Assembly (NCBI GenBank): GCA_002633005.1
Contig: NMRA01000377.1
Location: 181,546-245,545 of the forward strand
DNA length: 64,000 nucleotides
Direction of reading: 5' to 3'
Origin: Phoronis australis
Lineage: Eukaryota > Animalia > Phoronida
The notes under the pieces were generated by a model. That model did no database searches. It saw only the letters and a program-made list of their open reading frames with translations, and was not told the DNA's origin. Position numbers and translations under genes: made by a program. Position 1 is the first letter of the stretch; each line of letters begins with the position of its first letter. This document shows positions 13,201 through 25,200 of this stretch, one piece after another.

Positions 13201-16200
13201 AGATTTCGTCTACTGAAAATATACGGAGTTGGCGGTCCATGTACTATCATAGCCTATGGTTTACTCGAAGTGAGCCATGAAATAGGTCAACTTTGTGCCG
13301 AATTTTGGCCCAGACAGTCATTACCATAACAATTGACTTGACTTACATGTTATCACCTCTGGGTACAATCTGACGTTCTTCTCCCCCGTGTCCACAGTCG
13401 GGCGTACCCTTCCATTTACTGTCATACCTATGAAGATGCCTCTACTCCGGACGGACTCTAAGGTGATGAAACCCTTTTCTTTAACACGCACGACCCTGAA
13501 CTGGCAATATTTGTCACCCTTGCCCTAAAACAGCATGTAGGTCTTACAAAAATTTCAAAGAAAATAAAAGCAATCCAGCTAAAAATGGAGAATATTGAAA
13601 TATCAAATCAACTTGCAGACAAGTTTAGTTTTCAAAGTCTCTCCACCCAAGAAAATTGGCAAAATTTTGGAGCACAAGAGACACTATGCTAATTTTCAAT
13701 AAATTCAGTTTTATTTTTCGAGTGGTTGACATCCGGATTTTAGCCCTGACTTCAACAAATAATAAAACTAAATTGATTTTGACAAAAATCATTGGAAGTT
13801 TAATTAAACTGCTATAGTAGGGACTTGTAAAATTAACTTTTCAGGCAGATTTTCAAAAATTGTTTATTTAACCTTTAATGCATATGAAAGAAAATTGTGT
13901 TAAGCTCTAAACAAAATGTGTCATGAACATGAATTACAAAAAGCAGGAAAGGATTTAATTCAATTTATCTAATGCCAGTGACAGCTTGTCAAGTAAAATA
14001 CCCAGAATGCCCTTTGTTTCCTTTGCTGTCTCTTACCATTATTTTTATTCCCAACTAAGGCACTTGTCTGCTCATTTGGCACTTTATTTTTATTAAAAGT
14101 ATTCAAATAACAATACTAACTATTATAATAATTTAGAAACTCACGGAGATATCAATTTGGCCCTCCTTCAAACGAATAAACTGGCCAGGGAAGACGACGC
14201 TTTCAAACATGCGAACATTGCTGGCGTCTGCCACTTTATGTACTTGGAACTGTGCCAGGCGATTTTTGCGGCCTGTGGCCAACAGCGAGTTATCATGGCT
14301 GATGTTCAATGTCTGTGACAATGACGTCCAAAATATTATGATTCCACCATCTCGGAACATTCCCTGAAAATGAAGAAAATGCAACACTGGAGGCTAACAG
14401 TATTCGGAAAAGGAAATTATTAATAATTTAATCCAGAGCTGTAAGTTCCTGCATTTGATAGGTATTCGTAAGATACAGCCATGGTAAGCGTATACAGCCA
14501 TGGTAAGCGTATTTCAAAATAATTCTCCCGTGTTGACACAGATCACATTGAGTTTTCCAATAAAATCAATTGCACATCAATTTCTGTCAAACATAGCATT
14601 GTCTGCAGCCCAAAAAATCCTGTTCAATGATTTGTACCTTGGACGTCCTCAGGTTTGAGCCCCAAAATCACCCAAAGTGACCAAAACAGGGTTATTGGTA
14701 ATGGCGCCACCTTGTGGCCAACCTGAAATGTTTCTTCAAATCAGCTGGAAATCTGCCAAACAGCGTAGAAACGCTGAATAAACACACAATGGTGAGAAAT
14801 AAAAAAAAAAAAAAAAAAACAGTGCAGGTGGTCTGATGTCATTTGCGGTGCATCAGACGTGCGCAGGCCTCATGGTTGGGCCCATTGCACAAAACACCTG
14901 ANCAGCCATGGTAAGCGTATTTCAAAATAATTCTCCCGTGCTGACACAGATTACATTGGAATTTTTCAATAAAATCAATTGCACATCAATTTCTGTCAAA
15001 CCTAGCATTGTCTGCAGCCCAAAAAATCCTGTTCAATGATTTGTACCTTGGACGTCCTCAGGTTTGAGCCCCAAAATCACCCAAAGTGACCAAAAACAGG
15101 TTACTGGTAATGGCACCACCTTGTGGCCAACCTGAAATGTTTCTTCAAAACAGCTGGAAATCTGCCAAACAACGTAGAAACGCTGAATAAACACACAATG
15201 GTGAGAAATAGCCAAGTCTCTTGTTTTACATAAGTGAGATAAAGTAACTCCATGCGGGACCCTAAAAAAATTCCCACAAAAAATCCTGTGCTGATCATGA
15301 TGTATGCTTTGATGATAAAGTTTTGAAATGTGACAATAGTTGATCCAAATTTGATGCAGAATAACAAAGCAAAAAACCTTTCAGAATTTCTAGAGACGAT
15401 TTGATGGTTTATTTTGCATCTTAGCGCTCAGTAAAATTATATTTAAGCTAGCAAAATGATGTAAATCCTCTATGTGATTTCTATGCTAAAGATTCTGTAA
15501 CAAAGATGATAAAATAATTTTAATGCTTTCATAAAGAAAAAAGCCCTTATCACTAACAAAAAACATTAGTGAGTCCCAAACAAGTGAATCTGCAGGGCAG
15601 TGCCAGATTAGATAAAAAATAAGCAAACACTCCTCTTTATGCAGGTGAAGTCCTCAATGTGTAAATCCAAACTTCTGGAAACTCACTGCAATACTTCTCC
15701 TGACTTTCAAAGTTTTCTAACTCGCGGTCCAGAGCACTGGACCTGTTAGCTCTGGACCTGCTGTCAAGAAACGCCAGCAGAGGGCAGTGCTATTTTTGTG
15801 GGAATTGATCAGTCACTTATCACTTCCCAGTAGAGAAAGCCAGGCAGCTTTGCAACATTGAAAGGAATATTCACAGAGTTTCCACCGTTTATTTATAGTT
15901 TTAGCGCTAAATGTAATAAATACAAAATATATGGAATTGGCGAGTACCTTGCAGTAACAGAAGAACTGCTTGGAAGGTCCCAAGTTTGTACCACGTGTGT
16001 CGCCGGGTTTGCCATTTTGAAGAATGGCCACGTGTTGCAGGGCATACTTTACGGACTCCAATATGATGCTCCTGTCTGGTTGAACTTTGACCAGGAACTC
16101 ACAGAATGAGCCTCCCTTACCCTGGAAAAGAATGTTGACATAACGATCAAAATATTATTTTACACTTAACACGTTAACAACTTCTGTAGTCTCTTCACTT

Positions 16201-19200
16201 TTCAGTGAGAACGAATTAAAATGGGTTTGGTAGGGAAGTTTAATTAGAAGTCGAACCCCTTAATTTATAAAATTGCATGTTAACTCATTAATATGCCCAA
16301 CAACAGTTTGAACTGAATCAGGAAATTTTTAGCAACAACAGCATGATAAGCAGTACGTTAAAACTTTCATAACCAAAAATCATGTCTGAAACAAAAGTTT
16401 AAAAAATCATAAACACAATAATTTGATTGATGCTTAAAAACAGAACATCAGCAAAGTTTAACAGAACACTGTCAGAAACTTACAGCAACGTGAGTGTGGC
16501 TTATAGGTTTACGGCCTAGATAACACTGTGTAAGGAAACAAAAATAAGCGAAATACACTACACTTCCCCACGGCAGTGAAAGAAAGAGGAATGAACAAGA
16601 AAGTAGCTTAATATTGCAATTTACTTCATACACACATCAAACTAAAGTCTTTTTTGTAAATTTCAAAAATATTTGATGCAACTCATCTTGTGAAACATTA
16701 AAAGTTCAAAGTTCATTTAAACACAAAAGTCACATAAAACTAAGTAACTAATGACAAAAAATGAATACGAAATAATAAAACTGATGACTTTGTCATCAAC
16801 ATTTGAAAGGTGGTTAGCAACCATACCCCAAAAAGTGACTTAAGACTCACCAAAGTCAGAGATTTTGTGTAGACTAATGATTCCACTTCATAATCATTTA
16901 ATGAAAGTTTAGTCATGAGATGATTAGCACGTCACAACCCAGACATAATCTACAGTACAATTTATATCAGTAAGAATCAGTCATGGACATATTCTCAGTC
17001 ATTTTGTAATACTGCCACGACGAAATTTAATTATTTTTAGAAATAGTTGTGTGGGGAGCAAGTCTTAGACCAAACTTCTGAGACTTAAGTCTTAAGTCCT
17101 TTTACGCGACAAAAAGTCAGGAAAGTGCTTTTGAAAGCTACACAGTGCTGCTGGTGTTCCATAAGTCAGACATACCGCATACAAAAACCAAGGGTCGTCC
17201 ACATGCTTGCATGAAAGGAACAAAATATGCTGGGGTTGACTGTTAGTGGATTTGGGAACTCAAGCAAAAATGCTCTAAAACACCACAAGCTCAGGTGACA
17301 CAATACAGGATACATTGGGTGATAGGCAGTCGCGTTGATTTTCAAAAACACTATCAAAGACATAAGAAAACAGTGACTTCTTTGTTTAATGCTACCTACA
17401 GCAGTAGGACAAGGAAAAATTGTCGACGACAAACTGTCACAAATAAAGTTTCTTGGTGCAAATCAAGCCACTGAAGGGAACAGTGGGCTTCATTTAACAA
17501 CAGCATCCAGAACAAAATTAGAGATTTAAAAAGACAGCAGTTTGAGCAGAATTTGACATTTAACAATGAATGGTAATGAACCCCCCAAATCTGTAAAAAA
17601 TTGTGATTAGGTTAGGATCATTCAAGAGTCCACCGATTCCCCACAGCATAACACAGGGCCTGGTGTCATTGAAAGTCAACGGTTGCGCAGTTCTGTGATG
17701 CCAACCCATCAATAATGCATTGAGCTGCGTGCGTAAACAATTAGTTGTGCCTAACAATATAGGAAGCCAAAGGGTTAGACAGACAATGGAGAAAACAGTC
17801 AATATCATGCTTTTACTCGTTCAAAAAGACGCACAAGTTTTTAGTTAAAACTATTTTATCCAAGAACGTGCAAGTGATGTGTCAGTTTTCTCAAATGTGT
17901 CATAAGGTGTCAAAACTTTGTATATACTAACCACACTAATAGGAATAACCTGTTAAGAAAGCATTGTCAAATAAATTGCCGATTAAAATACAGCACTTAA
18001 TATTTAATTGAATGCCAAATGCTATGATCACGATTATTACAAACAGATTGAATGTTTCAAGTTAAGTGAACAATATTTTAAATAATTCTCATTGCAAACC
18101 AATTTTTCTTCAGATAATCTTCAAATGTTATCACTGTCAAGGAAATCACAACAAAAAGCGCTGTTACCAGGACAACAGTTGCAAGATGAGGCCTTACGAG
18201 TGTTTGTATTCTTTATACCACACGTGACAATACAAAGTTCACCAGTCCTGATATCTGACTATCAGCATCGGCCATGTTATAATTCACATCCTGCATTACG
18301 GTTTCCAATAGCAACACTTACCGCTCCCAGTACTTTTCCACCATCAACAGCCAAATGAAAGTTTGGATAGCTGACACTGCTGAATACCCTGACATTACCA
18401 GTTCTTGGCATCACCGTGAACACAGCTAAAGGCAAAAATTAACAAGACATTAATCTTGGCATCACCGTGAACACAGCTAAAGGCAAAAATTAACAAGACA
18501 TTAGTCTGGCATCACTGTGAACACAGCTAAAGGCAAAAATTAACAAGACATTAGTCTGGCATCACTGTGAACACAGCTAAAGGCAAAAATTAACAAGACA
18601 TTAGTCGGCACACAAAAAAAACAGATTCAGAGAATTTTTGCAATTGGCCTAGGGTCATGTCTCATGAAAAGCTAAGAAATAGTCATAACCACACACGGTT
18701 ATATGGCTGATGAATGTGGCGCACTGAGAATTAGATTCCACAGACAGGCAGCCATGGCGATTGCGAATGTAGCACATTTCAATAGATGATTGATTTTCTG
18801 CAGAACAAATATGTTACACACTTTATCAAGGGTTGTTCAGTAAGACTAGGTATGACTAGGTACACCAATATTTGCCCATGGATTCCACAATACTGTGGGT
18901 GAGCGAGCAGAATGCACTTTTGATCATATTCTAAGTTTTATGCCAGTGGACAGGAGATGGTAATGTTCAGGAGTATCATTAAACTCACCTGTTTCATCAG
19001 TGACCTCTGCGTTCCCATCCACGCTGGTATCAGACTTGATACGCATGCCTCGCTGTGTGGCCTTGGACAGTAACATTACCTGGTTATCTCGTCCAAACTT
19101 CCACTTTTCATGTTCCCACTAAAGTGAAAAATATGGAAATTAGAGCTAACAGTAATCCTATGACAACAATTATTATTATCATCATTCATTACACATTATC

Positions 19201-22200
19201 ATCATCATTTATATTATTATCATTGTTTTCATCATTATCTTATCATCATTATTGAGGCGGTTAAGTAAAATCTCATTTCTCCATAAAAAGCAAATATGTA
19301 GCACCAAATCAATGCTTTTCAATAAACCTAGTATTAAACAAAATTTATAGGCATTTGCAACTGTTACAGTGTTAGAAGCTTTTGAAAGATTTGTCAATTA
19401 TTTGCGTCAAAAATTAGTGAGACTTTCTGTATTATGATCATCTCTAATGTTAGAAGTCAAAACCACTCTCAGTACATATTACCATTTCGCGCTCAATCTG
19501 GTCTTGGTCGTATTCATCCTTGACCTTGACCTCTCTGACGATCCGTCCATCGTCTTCACCAGCGTCCAACCATCGATTACACCAGAACACAAACTTCTCT
19601 TGGTCATCATCAGATGGGTTACGAATAACGACCTTCTCAAGGAACCATCCATCACCTGAAAGATGACAATAGTAAATTCACCTAAGTTGAAATAAACCTG
19701 TTTGACATTTTACCCAATACGAAATTCGGTTTACATGTTATGGACGAGTTTATGAACCCGGACCATCAAAGCACAGATCATAAACCTGGTCTATCTAATG
19801 TTGTTTAATGTTGTAAAAGTCACTGAAAGTAGCTTGCTTTTTCCTGTCTTCTTGCCTTAAGTCATAGATGTCTCCAACTGCCATGTATTATTGAACCCAG
19901 TTTCGTTGTAACAACTTTCAATACCACTGACTCATCTTATTACGGAAAAATCTGTACCAATCTAAAAAATTAATATATGTACACCAGGCTTTTCATGCAA
20001 ATATTTTATGCAAGATGTATAATTGCAACTCTATGTGAAATAGACACATAATATGTGATTCTCGGTTGGTCTATCCCAATAACTGAGGTTTAACTCAATG
20101 CCTAACATGACCTCAGCCAAGTCTTCATTAGTTCAATAGTTGTGATTGTCAATACTCATGCCAATTCCCAGATAGCAATAAAGATAATCACCCATTATAT
20201 GACAATTTTTCTGCCGAAAAACACTGAACTGACCTCGACATCTTTGCTCAAAAAAGACAACGGTAAAGTTAGAATTTTCATTGAAAAAGCCACGTTTCAA
20301 CATTCAGGAGTGGCATAAATGAGTATAAAATCACCAAAAAACATTGCACTACATTTAGCAACGTCATATTTCAATAAAACCATTTCCTTTAATTTCAAGC
20401 TCCACACAACACTATTTATAGATCAAACTAAAATTGCAACTTTGAACTGAAATTTCAAGTTAGCAGTGATTCTTCAATCCCTCAATGAACTCCACTCGGT
20501 CCATGAAATCGGAAAACTGACTCACACTAATAAAAGTCTAAAACTAAGGGTTCCACCCCAAAGCAAGAACCAAACAAATGTTGTCCAAAGATGGCGCCGC
20601 ATGTGGCTCTGGCGTTTTTACATTTTTTGTCAAATTGTTCGAAATATTGAATCTTCTATACAGCAATCCACATCGTAAAATGTTTGCACAGTAGAAACTT
20701 CAGACAAAGCATGAATAACCAAATGGAAAATAAGAACTGAACAATAAGAGTATTCTTTAAAAAGGTCAAGAACATGTATTTTGTCTGAAGTAAATTTTAG
20801 ATATAGACTGCTAATTGTTCTAAACTTGTTCCTTATTCAGACAAGAAATGACTTCAGGATTTGCAAAGAACTGACAGTAATTCCCCATCACCACGGTTGC
20901 CGTGCAAAATGACGTGCCGTGACAAGTAAACAATGTACACCTTAATCTCAAGAAATACCAATCTGCCAGCTCTTTCAAGGTGCTGAAATCTCATCCAGTT
21001 TAACTAAGAAACAATTTGAGGCCAATTCCATAATGGTAAGTGGTCTCTAAATCAAAAGCTTTTTTGGGGATGGAAGGCAGGGTCTGCTGTTTTAGTCAGA
21101 AATTTACAACCCTATATTAGTTGGATGGTCGACGTACATTATTATTCACCCACATGATTGAATAATTAGATGTGAAAAAGTTCAACCAGTCACAAGTTCT
21201 GGAACTTATATTAAATTTCCTGATGTTGTGGAACCACTTTTGTGCAGTTGCATGAAACAGTCCCACATAGGGTCTCGACTAATTTCCCTAAATATGTAGA
21301 AAACAAATCTGAAACTAAATAATGCGATCCAGATCCTCTCAAGGGTACTATTGTTTCACGAAATGTAGAATATATGTAGGTAAATAAAACAACAAGAATG
21401 GATCGACTGAAATTTTCGGATATAATAACATCCTTCGTCAACAGATTGAAACAGAAATAAAGTAAAATCAAAGACTATATGACAATTGACATTTAAGATA
21501 TGGTGTAATGAATGTCAAACATTGTTGCGGAAAAAATTCAGTAATATAATTTAAGAAGTTTTTATGTTCAATCCATGAGGTTCAAGTGTATTGAGCTTGT
21601 CTATCCAATATTGTTCTCTTTTGAGTCTGTGAGGGGTATTGGGGTGTTGGAGTATTTCTGTTATTTGTACAGAAAGATCTTGAAGATTATGGTTTTTTGA
21701 AATTGAAATGATTACCTATAGAATCAGAAATGTTTTTATGTATTATGTTAAATTTATGTTTACGAAACCGAGTTTGTAGATTATGTTGAGTTTGTCCTAC
21801 GTATTGGATAGAACATTTTTTCATGTTATAAGTTAAATAATATTGTTGGTGGTGCAATCAGAATAATGTTTTATTTCAAAGTTTTCATTGGTTTGGGAAG
21901 ACTGAAAGAAAGTACTATCGTTGATAAAGTTACACATTTTGCATCTATCGAGTAAAGAGTGCTCGTATTTGGGACTGTTTCATGCATCCAGGTGCTGTCT
22001 CCTTCAACCGGGGATTGAAGACTTATGGTACAGGACCTTGCAGTTTTTGTTTCTGAAGATCAGCAAGGAGTCAGTCAACGGCAAAGTCCTGGACCATGAG
22101 CGATCAACTCCAAGTAAAAGGAGCCAGGTGGCTCCACAACATCAAGAAATATATTTTATAGTACATTCCAGAAGTTGTGATTTATATTTTTCACACTCAT

Positions 22201-25200
22201 TTACTTAGTTCAAGTTATTTAGCATAGCACTCAGTCATTACCTGGCTCAGCACCATTGTGACCAATCAGAATTTTCCTTAGATTACCCAATGAGACAGCT
22301 TCAAGAGAGATGACTGCAGTCTGCAAATAACAGTGACAGTACATTGTCACAGCAAATCAATAATGAAACAATTTGAACAAATACACAAAGCCGGACTTGA
22401 TGAATTAGTGAATGGGCTAAATATTTACTCTGAAAAGTTAACAATCTCTGATGTCAATGACTTTTATGAAGCATTTCTGACTACCTAAACTTAAAATTAA
22501 ACAGCTACAAAATAGAAAATCAATTAACAAGCACGGAAATTACACAACAGTTAAATAGAAACACATCGAATTGCAATGCCTAATTTCTATATAAATGAAA
22601 TTTGCAATGGCAAGAATTTTCAATTTTGTTCTCAGCATGATGTTTTATCAGATGCAAATTAAATGGACAAAACACCAGCATGTTATTTGTAAACAAAACA
22701 TAATTCATATTCTTATGCTTACAGTCAACACGTTGGTCGCTTTTTAAATTAAGACATATGGTTACCCTGTGAACTTACTTTCCTACGTTTCTGTGGAGAA
22801 TTTATCAGTAATGTAACTGCTGCATGATATATATATTTTGAAAACTTATCTCATGGAGACCCTGATGACTACTGTATTGCGGTGCCTGGACATACATCCA
22901 AAATAATGCCTTTTTGCGTCCTTTTTTACCCCATTCAAGTGATTAGCATAGTGGTGTATGCGCCAAAGTTTTGCATATAAGCCCATGTAATGTCCCTTGC
23001 ATAGGCCCACACCTTTATTTGCATATGGGCGCATCTGGTTTGACAATGGCTGTGTATCTTAATTTTTTTCTTTGCCTCCGTATTTTTGGAGTTCGCAGCG
23101 CATTTTCAAGAAATCTGGTAAATACGCTAGCACCATAATGTCACAACTTTAGGCCCACTGGCCTTTACCTGAAATAATGACTTTTTTCATGCCCTTTTTT
23201 GCCCATTAAGTGATTCGCAGTTTGGTGCATGCGCTTAGCAAGTTTCCAATATAAGCACAAGCACCCATGGCCCTAATGGCACGGCAACACGGTAATATAT
23301 TAACAATTATATCATTTGGATTGCTTCTATTACCTGTCCTTTTGAGAACATCTTCAACTTCTTCAGCTGGAACAAGTGGCGCACCCCTGTGTCTCCACGC
23401 TCACCATAGACTGTCATGTAGACATTAGCCGTAGTGCCCGCATTCCACAGATCACCAGTAACGATCGACACCTCATATGATATGACTGTAATCATGTCAA
23501 ATTACGAGTGACTGAAATTCACATTTTAACAACTATCATAATTCATAATGCAACTTTGTTGTGATGGACCGTCTTGAAAAACCACCTTATCTTCTCAGGA
23601 TGATGGACAAAATTCCTGAGCAAACTGCAACTTTTTGTCCGGCACAACATGCGATTCATAGGTGGATTTAGGGGGGGGCCCGGGCCCCCCCTTGGCTGCC
23701 GCAAAAAAATAAAACAGCAAGAGCGTAGGGAAATGTTGAGTTTATTAATTAACCCAGGTAATTAAAATTATACGGATGAAACAAGATTTAAATGTGTGCA
23801 GTTTTAGTGTTTGGGGGGGATCAGATCCAATTTCAAGTGTCAAATTCGGAACTCGGCGCATTCGTAACGGAACTATAGCAAAGTATAGGCTCTCCCGCGA
23901 TATCCCAGGTGACCGGCAGTGGCGATGCGCACTACGACTCTGTTTCCGTCGTCTGCTCCACTGTGCTATGAAGAAAATTTACTTCATTTTTTAAAGAAAA
24001 TGGAATCTGAGTGACGATGAAAAAACAGAAGTTGTTGGTAAGATGTGAATTTTAATCGAAGCCTTAGTGAATCACTCAGAAACTCATAATTCTCTCTTTG
24101 TCAAACCTTAACTTAAGACGATTTCCAAAGCAATCCCGTCATTATTGCCAACACGAAAAACGGATTTGGTCTTTTGGGCATTTGAAGACTATTCTAAATA
24201 CAACAAATTTGTTAAGACCCAATTGCACAAAATATAAAACATGTAATAAACATTAAAAAATGAAGTAGGTTTCGCGCGCAAACGCTGTGGACCGCACACA
24301 AGTAGGTTTCTAAATATAAGATTATTCGTTAAGTCGTGTTGGTGTAGTGGTAAAGCATGCGCGGTCTATTCGCTAGGTCGTGAGTTCGAGTCTGTGGAAC
24401 GTACAATTTTTTCTGTTTTTTCTTGTTTTTTTTTTTNNNNNNNNNNNNNNNNNNNNNNNNNNNNNNNNNNNNNNNNNNNNNNNNNNNNNNNNNNNNNNNN
24501 NNNNNNNNNNNNNNNNNNNNTTTGTTTTTTTTTCTTGGATAATACTTTAGGAATCAAGGAAAATGCTTGATTTTTAGAGGAAAAAACAGAAAAATTTCCT
24601 GGGCGGGAGGGGGGTTTGCCCCCCTCCTGACCTCCCCTCATTCGGTGCTATATGCATCAACAATCGTGGTTGGTGCAAATGCTTACAGCCGCACAAAATG
24701 TTGGGCCCCCCTTGTGATATCCTAGATCCGCCACTGCGATTTCAGGCCCATGCATATTAAATCTATGACATGCCTAACGACTCAAGGCGTTTGCTTGGCG
24801 TTTCTGATTGACAAGCCTATTCAAATCCGTGACAATACTGTGATTGTCCAGTTTAGAGTCCCTGAAGTCACTAAGATTGAATGACGACCATTGTGCATAG
24901 TCATTTTATGTCCTGATTGTTTTTTAATTACACAAAAATTCTTCACCAACCATGATTGAGACACTGATCTTTATGTCACATGACAACTGTTCCAACAAAA
25001 ATAAACAATCACCTTAAAAACCTGTCTGCCTCTACTTTTCAGCGGCCATCAATTACTCTTCTGAGACAATTTCAGAATGCAATATTTCACTGTTTGTGGT
25101 AAAATACAAAAACTCACCTGCAGTAGTGAAAAATCCTTTAAAACCATGTGTTAATAAAATCAGTCTTGTAATAATTAAAATGCTGAAGATTGTTTCACCT

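Noticed and set aside
24333-24400. tRNA gene
   Set aside because: A and B boxes are present but the acceptor and anticodon stems do not form; kept only as a tRNA-like cassette.
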